A stretch of DNA of 19,091 bases from Clostridiaceae bacterium (GCA_016297585.1 JAEDGJ010000032.1:1-19091), one strand, 5' to 3'. Positions 7,589-15,858 are shown, numbered from the stretch's first letter. Notes: generated by a model not told the origin, from the letters alone. A program made the numbers and translations.

Positions 7589-8947
7589 ATGGAGAGAATG
7601 GAAACCAGTTATGAGCATCTCCGGACGCTTGTGGAGGAAGGAAAGCTCCTGCCGCTGCGAGAGGAGCTTCTGGAGATGAACGAGATCGACGTTGCGGAGT
7701 TTCTCGAGCAGATCGAGATGCCGCAGCGCATCGTCGTGTTCCGGCTGCTGCCGAAGGAGCTCGCGGCGGACGCGTTTGCCTATCTGGATTCGGAGATTCA
7801 GCGGGAGATCGTGCAGGCGATCTCCAACCGGGAGCTTTTCAGCCTGGTCGACGGGATGTATGTCGACGATACCGTCGATTTTCTGGAGGAGGTGCCGGCA
7901 AACGTCGTACGGCGCGTGATGGCGGTGGCCGACCCGGAGACGCGGGAGACGATCAACCGCTTTCTGCAGTATCCGGAGAACTCCGCCGGGTCGATCATGA
8001 CGTCGGAGATGATGGAGCTGCACGACCGCTGCACGGTGGCCCAGGCGATGTCGCAGATCCGCACGAGCGGCGAGGACCGCGAGACGATCTACATCTGTTA
8101 CTGCATCTCGGACAGCCGCCGCCTGGTCGGCACCGTCGAGCTGCGCGATCTGATCTTCCACGAGCCCGACGAGCTGCTGCGCGACATCATGGACGCCGAC
8201 CGCGCGCTGATCTGCGTGAACACGCATGACGATCAGGAAAAGGTCGCCGACATCGCGCGGCACTACGACCTGCTGTCGGTTCCCGTGACCGACAACGAGG
8301 GCAGGCTCGTCGGCATCGTCACGATCGACGACATCGTCGACATCATCGAGGACGAGAACACCGAGGACCTCGAGCGCATGGCGCTGATGCAGCCGTCGGA
8401 CGATACCTATCTGAAGACGGGCGTGCTGACGATGTTCAAAAACCGCATCGTGTGGCTCGCCATCCTGATGATCTCCGCGACCTTCACCGGCATGATCATC
8501 GAGGGCTTCGAATCCGCGCTCGCGGCGGTCGCAGGACTGACGGCGGCGATTCCGATGCTGATGGACACCGGCGGCAATTCGGGCAACCAGGCTTCCACGC
8601 TGGTCATCCGCGGCCTCGCGCTGGGCGAGATCCGCATCCGCGACTACTTCCGCGTGGTGTGGAAGGAGCTGCGCGTCAGCCTGCTCTGCGGCAGCGCGCT
8701 GGCGCTGCTGAACTTCCTGCGCATGCTCGTGCTCGGCAACCGCAACATCCCGATGATCCTCGTCGTCTGCGGCGCGATGTTCTGCGCGGTCATCTTCGCC
8801 AAGCTCGTCGGCAGCTCCCTGCCGATTCTGGCGAAGGTCGTCCACCTCGACCCGGCGCTGATGGCCGGACCGATGATTACCACCATCGTCGACGCGGTGA
8901 CGCTGCTGATCTACTTCTTCCTCGCCCGGTCGTTCCTGTTCGGATGA
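7589..8947 (+). CDS. mgtE: Magnesium transporter MgtE.
   Basis: ATG at 7589, 7 nt after aaagga. The N-terminal MgtE_N-like region reads LREELLEMNEIDVAEFLEQIEM...FRLLPKELAADAFAYLD. It is followed by CBS-like repeats and a TM domain carrying PMLMDTGGNSGNQASTLVIRGLALGEI. Stop TGA at 8945-8947. Confidence 0.93.
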   Translation: MERMETSYEHLRTLVEEGKLLPLREELLEMNEIDVAEFLEQIEMPQRIVVFRLLPKELAADAFAYLDSEIQREIVQAISNRELFSLVDGMYVDDTVDFLEEVPANVVRRVMAVADPETRETINRFLQYPENSAGSIMTSEMMELHDRCTVAQAMSQIRTSGEDRETIYICYCISDSRRLVGTVELRDLIFHEPDELLRDIMDADRALICVNTHDDQEKVADIARHYDLLSVPVTDNEGRLVGIVTIDDIVDIIEDENTEDLERMALMQPSDDTYLKTGVLTMFKNRIVWLAILMISATFTGMIIEGFESALAAVAGLTAAIPMLMDTGGNSGNQASTLVIRGLALGEIRIRDYFRVVWKELRVSLLCGSALALLNFLRMLVLGNRNIPMILVVCGAMFCAVIFAKLVGSSLPILAKVVHLDPALMAGPMITTIVDAVTLLIYFFLARSFLFG

Positions 8948-8981
8948 CGGGGAAGGATTGTTTTTTTCAGGGAGAACGGAA

Positions 8982-9593
8982 ATGACACAGTACGAGAGAA
9001 TGGTCAGGGGACTACTCTATGATCCGGCGGATGAGGAGATCATGAGGGAGCAGGTCGTCTTTCAGGATATGCTCTGGGATTTCAACCGGCTGAAGCCCAC
9101 GGAGTATGAGAAAAAAGAGCAATACATGAAGACGGTTTTTGCGGAATGCGGAGAAAAATGTTACATTGAGCTCCCGTTTCACGCGAATTGGGGAGGGCAT
9201 CATCTGCATTTCGGCTCCGGGATTTACGCGAATTCGAACCTGACGCTTGTCGACGACGGCCATATCTACGTGGGAGACAAGGTGATGTTCGGCCCCAATG
9301 TTACCGTTGCGACCGCGAATCATCCGATCGATCCGGAACTCAGGGCCAGAGGGCTGCAGTACAATAAGGACGTTTTTATCGGCGAGAATACCTGGATCGG
9401 CGCCGGTGCGGTCATTGTCCCCGGCGTCCGTATCGGACAGAATACCGTGATCGGAGCGGGCAGCGTCGGTACAAGAGATATTCCGGACGGTGTCGTGGCC
9501 GTGGGGACTCCGTGCAGAGTCCTACGGACCGTCGGTGAGCATGACCGCGAGTTTTTCTATAAAACAGAAAGGATCGACTGGGAAAACCTATAA
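8982..9593 (+). CDS. maa: Maltose/galactoside O-acetyltransferase-like hexapeptide-repeat acyltransferase.
   Basis: ATG at 8982, 7 nt after agggaga. The sequence MTQYERMVRGLLYDPADEEIMREQ...GPNVTVATANHPIDPELRA...IGENTWIGAGAVIVPGVRIGQNTVIGAGSV is collinear with E. coli Maa/LacA. The track's TTG at 8958 is a less likely start. Stop TAA at 9591-9593. Confidence 0.83.
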   Translation: MTQYERMVRGLLYDPADEEIMREQVVFQDMLWDFNRLKPTEYEKKEQYMKTVFAECGEKCYIELPFHANWGGHHLHFGSGIYANSNLTLVDDGHIYVGDKVMFGPNVTVATANHPIDPELRARGLQYNKDVFIGENTWIGAGAVIVPGVRIGQNTVIGAGSVGTRDIPDGVVAVGTPCRVLRTVGEHDREFFYKTERIDWENL

Positions 9594-9659
9594 AATCCCC
9601 TGTGTCGGGCGGTCGGCGGGTTTCCCGCCGGAAGAAGAAAATACCGCATCGCAAAATAA

Positions 9660-9702
9660 GCATCCGTATGATGGAAATCATACGGATGCTTAACGTTTTT
9701 TT
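9660..9702. terminator. Bidirectional intrinsic terminator between the convergent maa and GH20 genes.
   Basis: A perfect 13-bp inverted repeat, GCATCCGTATGAT ggaa ATCATACGGATGC, spans 9660-9689. On the plus strand it is followed by ttaacg plus TTTTTTT (9696-9702). On the minus strand it is followed immediately by TTATTTTGC. A second perfect 7-bp hairpin, CGGCGGG ttt CCCGCCG, lies at 9614-9630. Confidence 0.75.
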
Positions 9703-9730
9703 ACAGGGAAGTCACTTTGCGCGGCAGGCG

Positions 9731-12070
9731 TTACCGCACGGCGGACACACCCGCGAGAACGAGCACGGAGGCGTCCGTCTGCGCGGCGTCGTAGCGCACC
9801 GACGCGATCGCGCGCGCGGGGTCGGGATTGTCCCAGGTCAGGGCGCAGACGAGCGTATCGCGCCCCGCGCCGTCCTTGCCCTCGCGCGACGGGTCGATAA
9901 ACCAGGTGCCGACGTAGCCCTGATGCCGGTAATACTGCTGCGGCAGCGGATCGGCGTAGCGGCGGTTCCAGCAGAGCACATTGCCGTTGTACTCGACGGG
10001 GATCGTGACGCTGCCGCCGTCTGCGTAACGGACGGTGTACGCGCCGATGGCGGGCAGGGGCTGCCACGCGATGCGGGGGAGGTTCCAGAGGGTCGCGTGC
10101 TCGAAGACGAGGCGGCGGCAGACGGCGTTCACGGGGATCTCCGCGCCGTCGGCAGGGATGGCGCCGGGTGCGAGCGAGAGCAGCGCGTCGGGGAGAGCGG
10201 AGCGTTCCGCATCCGGCAGCGCCAGCGCGGTTTTCCCGTCTTCGACGGGAAGACGGATGCCGCGCAGCGTATCGCGCAGCCGCGGCTGGAGCCGGGAGGA
10301 CAGCAGATGCGTGTAGGTGACGCGCTGTCCCTCGTCGTAGGCGGGGTTCCAGAGCATCTCGGCGGTATAGAGCAGATCCCAGAACTTGCCCTTTTTCGCA
10401 AGCGTGTATTCGTCCATGCGGCACCAGGTGGAAACCTCGCCGCCGAGCATATGGGGCTTTGCGGCGCGGGCGGAGTAGCGCGGATAGTGGGAGGAATAGA
10501 GGTTGCCCATGACGACGTCATAGCCGTAGGGCAGCAGGTGATCCTCCATGTCGAGGTCGAAATGGAAGTACCAGATGAAGTCGAGCATCACGATGTCGCG
10601 CGGCAGGCGGGAGACGGCGGGCGGGGACTTGTAGCGCTCGGTGGGATGGAGCATATCCGACCAGATCATCATGCGCAGCCCCTTTTTCGCAAGGTAGTCG
10701 TGCATGGCGGTCACATGCTTCGTGTACAGGTCGGCGGGGTCGAGCTCGCGGCAGCGCGGACAGACGCCGAGCTGGTAGATCTCGTCGTGTCCCATGTGGA
10801 CGAAGCGCTGCGGGCGGGCGACGGCGACGATCTCGTCGATCAGGTCGTAGATGATGCGGTAGCTCTCGTCCAGCGAGGGGCAGTAGCAGTGCGCGTAGAA
10901 CTCGTCGGGACGGGCGTCCTCGCCGCGCGTGTCGGAGACGACGTTCGTGCGCTCCTCGCGTTCGGCAAGCTCCGGATGGGCGTAGGTGATGTACTGGACA
11001 TGCCCGAAGCTCTGCACCTCGGGGATGATCTCAAAGCCGAAGTCGCGCGCGTAGTCGAGGAACGCGCGCACCTCGTCCTGCTCTAACAGTCCGCCGCCCG
11101 CGTCCATTTCGCCGTGCGGGAAGGCCGGCTGACGGTGCTCCGCCGCCGCGCGGTTGCCCTCCAGCCATGCCTCCGAGATCTCCGGATGGCGGAGAAAGCG
11201 CATCGCGCCGGCAAACTCGACGAAGAGCTGGTTATAGCGCATCGGGATCAGGACGTACCGGATCAGACGGCGCGCAAAGCCGAGCTCCTCGCGCGGCGGG
11301 AGCCCGAAATGGAAGCCGCGCATCGGCTTGTACGGCGCGTCCGTGACGGTGCAGAGCGCAAACCGGCCGTCCTCGCCGCAGGAAAGCAGCGTTTCGACGG
11401 CATACAGCAGCGGCAGCCTTGCCCCGGCGGTCAGCGTGACGCTGTCCGGCGTGATCTCGACGCGGTAGCGCTCCTCCGTCAGGGATTCGTCGACCGCGAC
11501 CGTCACCGGCACGCCGTCCGGCGCGTACCAGCCGCCGAAGCGCTCGGAAAGGCGGGAAAGCAGATAGTCCGCGGCAAAGGCGGCGTCGCCGGACGCGTCC
11601 GCGCGGACCTCGCCCAGGCGGACGGGTGCGCCGGGGACGGACACGATGCGCTCCGGCGTCGGATAGACGAAGGGCAGACCGTCTTCGGCGGCGCCGAGGA
11701 GCTCCGGCGCGGAAAACGCGAGCTTTTTCAGGTTCGCGCCGAGCCGCAGCGTCAGCGTCTGCGCCGTCACGCCGACGGGGATGGTCAGCTCGCCGGTCAG
11801 CGGCGCGCCGTCGCGGGCGTCCAGGATGCCCGAGGGACGGCCGTCGGCGAGGACCTGCGCATAGGGGATCTCCGAATCGGGAGCAAGGGCGAGCCGCACC
11901 GCGCCGACAAAGGCGGGAGCGGCAAGCACCAGCGCGACGTCGACGCCGGTATCGTAGACGGTGTCCCAGTTCCAGACATAGACGCCGCCGTCACAGGCGT
12001 CGGGCGGGAAGGGAAGGGAGGTGCCGCGATGGAAGAAGGCGGGAAATGCACAAAGCCGGCCGATAAACAT
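9731..12070 (-). CDS. Glycoside hydrolase family 20 beta-N-acetylhexosaminidase, 779 aa, with no obvious signal peptide.
   Basis: GH20 catalytic-domain motifs are present: YKPMRGFHFGL...RYNQLFVEFAG, IPEVQSFGHVQY, and HMGHDE (the H-x-G-x-DE catalytic pair region). ATG is the complement of 12068-12070, preceded by aaaggag. Stop TAA is the complement of 9731-9733. Confidence 0.8.
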   Translation of the reverse strand: MFIGRLCAFPAFFHRGTSLPFPPDACDGGVYVWNWDTVYDTGVDVALVLAAPAFVGAVRLALAPDSEIPYAQVLADGRPSGILDARDGAPLTGELTIPVGVTAQTLTLRLGANLKKLAFSAPELLGAAEDGLPFVYPTPERIVSVPGAPVRLGEVRADASGDAAFAADYLLSRLSERFGGWYAPDGVPVTVAVDESLTEERYRVEITPDSVTLTAGARLPLLYAVETLLSCGEDGRFALCTVTDAPYKPMRGFHFGLPPREELGFARRLIRYVLIPMRYNQLFVEFAGAMRFLRHPEISEAWLEGNRAAAEHRQPAFPHGEMDAGGGLLEQDEVRAFLDYARDFGFEIIPEVQSFGHVQYITYAHPELAEREERTNVVSDTRGEDARPDEFYAHCYCPSLDESYRIIYDLIDEIVAVARPQRFVHMGHDEIYQLGVCPRCRELDPADLYTKHVTAMHDYLAKKGLRMMIWSDMLHPTERYKSPPAVSRLPRDIVMLDFIWYFHFDLDMEDHLLPYGYDVVMGNLYSSHYPRYSARAAKPHMLGGEVSTWCRMDEYTLAKKGKFWDLLYTAEMLWNPAYDEGQRVTYTHLLSSRLQPRLRDTLRGIRLPVEDGKTALALPDAERSALPDALLSLAPGAIPADGAEIPVNAVCRRLVFEHATLWNLPRIAWQPLPAIGAYTVRYADGGSVTIPVEYNGNVLCWNRRYADPLPQQYYRHQGYVGTWFIDPSREGKDGAGRDTLVCALTWDNPDPARAIASVRYDAAQTDASVLVLAGVSAVR

Positions 12071-12074
12071 AGGT

Positions 12075-12728
12075 TTATGACTCCTTTCGCGGTAAAAAAT
12101 GTTCCATACGGCAGGCGGCGCTGTCCCAGAGGACGAGCAGCGAGCCGTTTTCGACCCGGATGAGCGCGTCGGCGCCGGTAAAGGAATTGCTGACGCCGAG
12201 GGGGAAGGAGGAGGTGAGCGTATAGCCGGACAGCGGGTAATAGAGCCCCTCCAGCGTGACGCCGCGCGCCTCGCCGCCGAAGGCGAAGACGGACAGCGTG
12301 CCGGGGGAGGGCCCGGGGAAGCGGAGCGCTTCGTCGGTGATGACGGTCGCCGTCATGCCGCCGCCGATGAGGAAGCCGTGCGCGCCGTGACGGCGCAGGA
12401 AAAGCAGCGTCTGCAGATTCGCGATCGTATGGTCGAGCCGCCCGCCGACGCCGCCGTAGAGCAGAAACACGGTGCAGCCGCGTGCGAGTCCTTCCCGCAC
12501 GGCGAGCAGCATATCGGTATCGTCCTTTTCGACGGGGTGGCGCACGACGGGGCCTTCCGGCGTAAAGCCGAGCGAGTCGAAGTCGCCGACGGAGAGATCG
12601 GGCTTCCTGCCGAGCTCGCGAAGGGTGCGGTAGCCGCCGTCCGCCGCGATGACAAAAGCGCCGTCGGGGATCGCGGGCGGGTCATCCGGCGGGAAGGCGC
12701 CGAAGATACAGCAGACAGACTGGGACAT
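12075..12728 (-). CDS. thiN: Thiamine pyrophosphokinase (thiamine diphosphokinase).
   Basis: 217 aa carrying the TPK motifs VGDFDS, EKDDTDM and LYGGVGGRLDHTIANL, collinear with B. subtilis ThiN. ATG is the complement of 12726-12728, with RBS aaaggag 9 nt upstream. It ends 4 nt before the GH20 start, which indicates an operon. Confidence 0.85.
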   Translation of the reverse strand: MSQSVCCIFGAFPPDDPPAIPDGAFVIAADGGYRTLRELGRKPDLSVGDFDSLGFTPEGPVVRHPVEKDDTDMLLAVREGLARGCTVFLLYGGVGGRLDHTIANLQTLLFLRRHGAHGFLIGGGMTATVITDEALRFPGPSPGTLSVFAFGGEARGVTLEGLYYPLSGYTLTSSFPLGVSNSFTGADALIRVENGSLLVLWDSAACRMEHFLPRKES

Positions 12729-12799
12729 GTTTTTTATCTCCTTTTGCGGTCAGTACGATCCATGCGCGGGGATTTTTCAAAAAAGCAGATTCTAACGGC

Positions 12800-12828
12800 A
12801 CTATAGCATAAAACCTCCCGGTTGTCAA
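12800..12828 (-). promoter_or_regulatory. Strong sigma-A-type promoter for the thiN-GH20 operon: -35 TTGACA (complement of 12823-12828), 17-nt spacer, -10 TATAGT (complement of 12800-12805).
   Basis: Consensus -35 hexamer and a near-consensus -10, read on the reverse complement. It lies about 70 nt upstream of the thiN ATG. Confidence 0.6.
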
Positions 12829-12899
12829 CGCCCAGCCCGCCGTCCGGTGTGCGCAGAAGGCGCGGAGGGTCGAAATCCGGCCGAAAACGGCGGTTTTTC

Positions 12900-12928
12900 T
12901 TGCGTTTCGGCGGATACTATGGTATAAT
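12900..12928 (+). promoter_or_regulatory. Sigma-A-type promoter for floT: -35 TTGCGT (12900-12905), 17-nt spacer, extended -10 TGgTATAAT (12920-12928).
   Basis: Hexamers and spacing read directly. About 130 nt of GC-rich leader precede the floT ATG. Confidence 0.6.
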
Positions 12929-13063
12929 AAAAAAGGAAAAGAAGCGCATCGGACGCCATCGGAAGGGAGTGTGCTGCGGCGTTTTGTGGCGCGCTTTTTC
13001 GGGGAAAGGTACAGTTTTTTTGCATGCTGCGGCGTCTGCCGCGGAGGAAAGGAGCGTTTTCGT

Positions 13064-14485
13064 ATGCTGTTTGCACTTGCTGTCATGGTGATCGTCATCC
13101 TGACGCTGTTTTTCACCTCCTATATGAAGGCGCCGCCCGATACCGCCTACATCATCTCCGGTATCAAGCGCGGCAAGACCGCGGGAGAGCGCAACGCGCG
13201 CGTCGTCGTCGGACGGGCGACGCTGCGGATCCCGTTTCTGGAGCGCGTCGACCGGCTGCGGCTGAATCTGATGCAGGTCGACATCAAGACCGATTCCGCG
13301 GTGCCGACGGCCGAGTATATCAACATCTTCATCGACGGCGTCGCGAACATCAAGGTGTCCTCCGACGAGCAGTCGATCCTGCGCGCGGCGGAGAACTTCC
13401 TCGGGCGCAAGCAGGAGGAGATCGCTGCCGTCGCCCAGCAGGTGCTGGAGGGCAACATGCGCGAGATCGTGGGACAGATGCGGCTTGCCGATCTGGTGCA
13501 GAACCGCGATCTGTTCGCGCAGAAGGTGCTCGAAAACGCCGCGGAGGACATGCGGCGCATGGGGCTCGAGATCGTCAACCTGACGATCCAGAATTTCGTC
13601 GACAAAAACGGCGTCATCGAGGATCTGGGCATCGACAACATCGTCCGCATCCGCAAGGACGCGGCGATCGCGAAGGCCAACGCCGAAAAGGACATCGCCA
13701 TCGCCGAGGCGCAGGCCAAGGAGCTGAGCAACAAGGCGCGCGCGGAGTCCGACATCCAGATCGCCGAGCAGAACAAGACCGTCGAGGTCAAGCGTTCCGA
13801 GTATAAGCGCGAGCAGGACGCCCGCCGTGCGGAAGCCGACGCCGCCTATGCGATTCAGGAGCAGGAGCAGCGTCGCACGATCGAGACGGCGTCCGTCAAC
13901 GCCGACATCGCCCGCCGCGAGCGCGAAGTGGAGCTGCGGGAGCGGGAGGTGGCGCTGGCCGAGCGTTCGCTGGACGCCGAGGTGCGCAAGAAGGCCGACG
14001 CCGAGCGCTACGCGATGCAGCAGCGCGCGGAGGCAGAACGCTACCGCACGGAGCAGGAAGCCGCCGCCCGCCGCGTCGCGATGGAGGAGGAAGCCCGCGG
14101 CATCGAGGCGAAGGGCCGCGCCGAGGCCGACGCGATCCTGGCGAAGGCCGAAGCGATGAAGGCGATGGGGGAGGCGAGCGTGCTCGAGATGGTGCTCGCG
14201 GCGCTCCCCGAGATGGTCAAAAATGCCGCTGCGCCGTTGGAAAAGACCGACAAGATCGTGATGTACGGCGACGGAAACGCGACAAAGCTCGTCGGCGACG
14301 TGCTGAGATCCGCGTCGCAGGTGACGGAGGGACTCGCGGAGAGCACCGGCATCGATCTGCGCGCGCTGCTGGCGGGCTTCCTCGGCGGACGCGCGGCATC
14401 CGCGCCGCAGCAGCCCGAGGACACCGCGCCAAAAGGCGCTGCGCCGGAAGAGACGCCGGCGATTAAGACAGAAGATAACGGCTGA
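13064..14485 (+). CDS. floT: Flotillin (SPFH/band-7 family, FloT/YuaG-like).
   Basis: ATG at 13064 after RBS ggaggaaaggag. There is an N-terminal TM, an SPFH domain and a long Ala/Glu/Arg-rich coiled coil. Several blocks are collinear with B. subtilis FloT: GNMREIVGQMRLADLVQNRDLFAQKV, KKADAERYAMQQ and AAPLEKTDKIVMYG. The track's longer ORF from 12971 uses an upstream alternative start within the promoter region. Stop TGA at 14483-14485. Confidence 0.9.
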   Translation: MLFALAVMVIVILTLFFTSYMKAPPDTAYIISGIKRGKTAGERNARVVVGRATLRIPFLERVDRLRLNLMQVDIKTDSAVPTAEYINIFIDGVANIKVSSDEQSILRAAENFLGRKQEEIAAVAQQVLEGNMREIVGQMRLADLVQNRDLFAQKVLENAAEDMRRMGLEIVNLTIQNFVDKNGVIEDLGIDNIVRIRKDAAIAKANAEKDIAIAEAQAKELSNKARAESDIQIAEQNKTVEVKRSEYKREQDARRAEADAAYAIQEQEQRRTIETASVNADIARREREVELREREVALAERSLDAEVRKKADAERYAMQQRAEAERYRTEQEAAARRVAMEEEARGIEAKGRAEADAILAKAEAMKAMGEASVLEMVLAALPEMVKNAAAPLEKTDKIVMYGDGNATKLVGDVLRSASQVTEGLAESTGIDLRALLAGFLGGRAASAPQQPEDTAPKGAAPEETPAIKTEDNG

Positions 14486-14494
14486 TATCAAATG

Positions 14495-14549
14495 CGCCCC
14501 GCGCCGCAAACCGGAACATCCGGAAATTTGCGGCACGGGGCGTTTTTTT
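14495..14549 (+). terminator. Rho-independent terminator downstream of floT. It also lies just 3' of the convergent SASP gene.
   Basis: A long imperfect GC-rich hairpin runs CGCCCCG-c-GCCGCAAA-CCGGA aca TCCGG-aaa-TTTGCGGC-a-CGGGGCG and is followed by TTTTTTT (14543-14549). On the minus strand the stem is followed by ATTTGATAT. Confidence 0.8.
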
Positions 14550-14559
14550 GTGTCTGTGC

Positions 14560-14760
14560 TTACTTCATCGAGTTCTCGTAGGACTCGATCATCTTCTTGA
14601 CCATCTGGCCGCCGACGGAACCGGCCTCGCGGGAGGTCAGGTCGCCGTTGTAACCTTCCTTCAGGTTCACGCCAACTTCGTTGGCAGCTTCCATCTTGAA
14701 CTTATCCATGGCGGCACGAGCCTCGGGAATGTTCAGTTTGTTGCTGTTCTTGCTAGACAT
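14560..14760 (-). CDS. Small acid-soluble spore protein, alpha/beta type (clostridial-like), 66 aa.
   Basis: MSSKNSNKLNIPEARAAMDKFKMEAANEVGVNLKEGYNGDLTSREAGSVGGQMVKKMIESYENSMK matches the conserved alpha/beta-SASP core (K-F-K-x-E-x-A-x-E-x-G-V, GDLTSR-x-x-GSVGG-x-MVK). ATG is the complement of 14758-14760, 9 nt after aaaggag. The track ORF extends upstream to an alternative start. Stop TAA is the complement of 14560-14562. Confidence 0.85.
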   Translation of the reverse strand: MSSKNSNKLNIPEARAAMDKFKMEAANEVGVNLKEGYNGDLTSREAGSVGGQMVKKMIESYENSMK

Positions 14761-15010
14761 GATCCAAATCTCCTTTCGTTTGATTGAGCAATACGCTCGT
14801 TGGGTATCGCAAACATATCTTTTCCCGCAAGCGGGCGAATATGCGAATTTGACACTTGGTAATTTTTGTGATAACAAAAGGCGGAAAATAAAATTATAAT
14901 ATGAAAAATTTGGTATGAATGCGTCATTTTCAAGGCAATATTTACTTGCAGAAACAACACCGCGACAAATGAAAATGTTGGATTATCAGGCGGTGAATTG
15001 TTAATTGCAC

Positions 15011-15039
15011 TTGATTTATATAGAAATAAGCAGTATAAT
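15011..15039 (+). promoter_or_regulatory. Sigma-A-type promoter within the AT-rich junction: -35 TTGATT (15011-15016), 17-nt spacer, -10 TATAAT (15034-15039). It probably drives the glycopolymer cluster through a ~180-nt leader.
   Basis: Hexamers and spacing read directly. The next plus-strand ATG with an RBS is at 15223. Confidence 0.5.
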
Positions 15040-15222
15040 ACACAAGAATGAGCGCAGTATGCATATCTTGTTTTATGATACTGAAAATCGTAAAATCCAT
15101 GCGTTTTGCCGGATAGACAGACCCGGCCGTTGATCCACCTTATTGCGGGCAATCTGCGGGAACGCTGTTTCGGGAGGAGGGCGAGGATGACGCCTTTAGT
15201 CGAAAAGCAAGGAGTACCTGAA

Positions 15223-15858
15223 ATGAACGAATCCAAAGATGATAAATCCAACTGCAATGCAATGAAAAAAGACCGTAAACTGCGTGCTTTCCTTTGCATC
15301 AAATACAGCTTTGACTTCTTGTTCTCCCTGTTTTTGCTGATTATTTTGCTGCTGCCGTTACTGCTGATCGCGCTTTTGATCAGATTGGATTCGCCCGGTC
15401 CGGCTTTGTTTACCCAAACCCGCGTGGGACAGTACGGCAAAACCTTTAAAGTGTATAAGTTCCGCACCATGTACCAGTCGGCGCCCCACGATATGCCGAC
15501 CTCCCAGTTCAACGATGCCGACAGGTATATTACGCGGCTGGGCGCGTTTCTCAGGAAGACAAGCCTGGATGAACTGCCTCAGCTGCTCAATGTCCTCAGG
15601 GGCGAGATGTCCTTTGTGGGCTTCCGTCCGGTCTGCACCACGGAACGCAAGCTCAATGCCCTGCGTGCCCAGTACGGCGTGTTCGACTGCCGCCCGGGCA
15701 TTACCGGCCTTGCGCAGGTGCAGGGACGGGACGACCTGTATTATAAGGACAAAGCAAAAGTGGATGCCGAGTATGCGCGCAAGCGTTCCATTAAGCTTGA
15801 TCTGCAGTGCTTGATTAAGACGATTCCGGTTACGCTGACACAAAAAGGCGCAAAATGA
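15223..15858 (+). CDS. Small phosphoglycosyl transferase (bacterial sugar transferase, PglC/WbaP C-terminal-like initiating transferase).
   Basis: ATG at 15223, 8 nt after aaggag. A single N-terminal hydrophobic helix LFSLFLLIILLLPLLLIALLI is followed by RLDSPGPALFTQTRVGQYGKTFKVYKFRTM and the family motif DELPQLLNVLRGEMSFVGFRP. Stop TGA at 15856-15858. The track's upstream extension from 15106 is not supported. Confidence 0.85.
   Translation: MNESKDDKSNCNAMKKDRKLRAFLCIKYSFDFLFSLFLLIILLLPLLLIALLIRLDSPGPALFTQTRVGQYGKTFKVYKFRTMYQSAPHDMPTSQFNDADRYITRLGAFLRKTSLDELPQLLNVLRGEMSFVGFRPVCTTERKLNALRAQYGVFDCRPGITGLAQVQGRDDLYYKDKAKVDAEYARKRSIKLDLQCLIKTIPVTLTQKGAK

Noticed and set aside
6839-8845. 668-aa minus-strand ORF overlapping the ATPase 2 and mgtE genes. 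The 261-aa ORF at 6330-7115 is a similar case.
   Set aside because: These are antisense artefacts. The plus-strand genes carry unambiguous ABC and MgtE motifs.
9602-12163. Plus-strand ORFs of 494 aa and 349 aa, and the 244-aa minus-strand ORF in another frame, all overlapping the GH20/thiN locus.
   Set aside because: Their composition is Arg/Gly/Ala-rich with no recognisable domains. The opposite strand encodes the GH20 catalytic motifs and the TPK motifs.
12822-13091. 89-aa Arg-rich plus-strand ORF across the divergent promoter region.
   Set aside because: It overlaps both promoters and the floT RBS, and its composition is junk-like.
12917-14536. 539-aa minus-strand ORF antisense to floT.
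   Set aside because: It is an artefact of a high-GC, Ala/Glu/Arg-rich coiled-coil coding region. The FloT reading is collinear with B. subtilis FloT.
14915-15004. 29-codon ORF (MNASFSRQYLLAETTPRQMKMLDYQAVNC) in the AT-rich junction.
   Set aside because: It has no convincing RBS, overlaps the -35 of the junction promoter, and is expected by chance in AT-rich DNA.
14733-15512. 259-aa minus-strand ORF spanning the SASP start, the AT-rich junction and the 5' end of the sugar transferase gene.
   Set aside because: It crosses an intergenic AT-rich region and two real genes. It has no RBS and no motifs.
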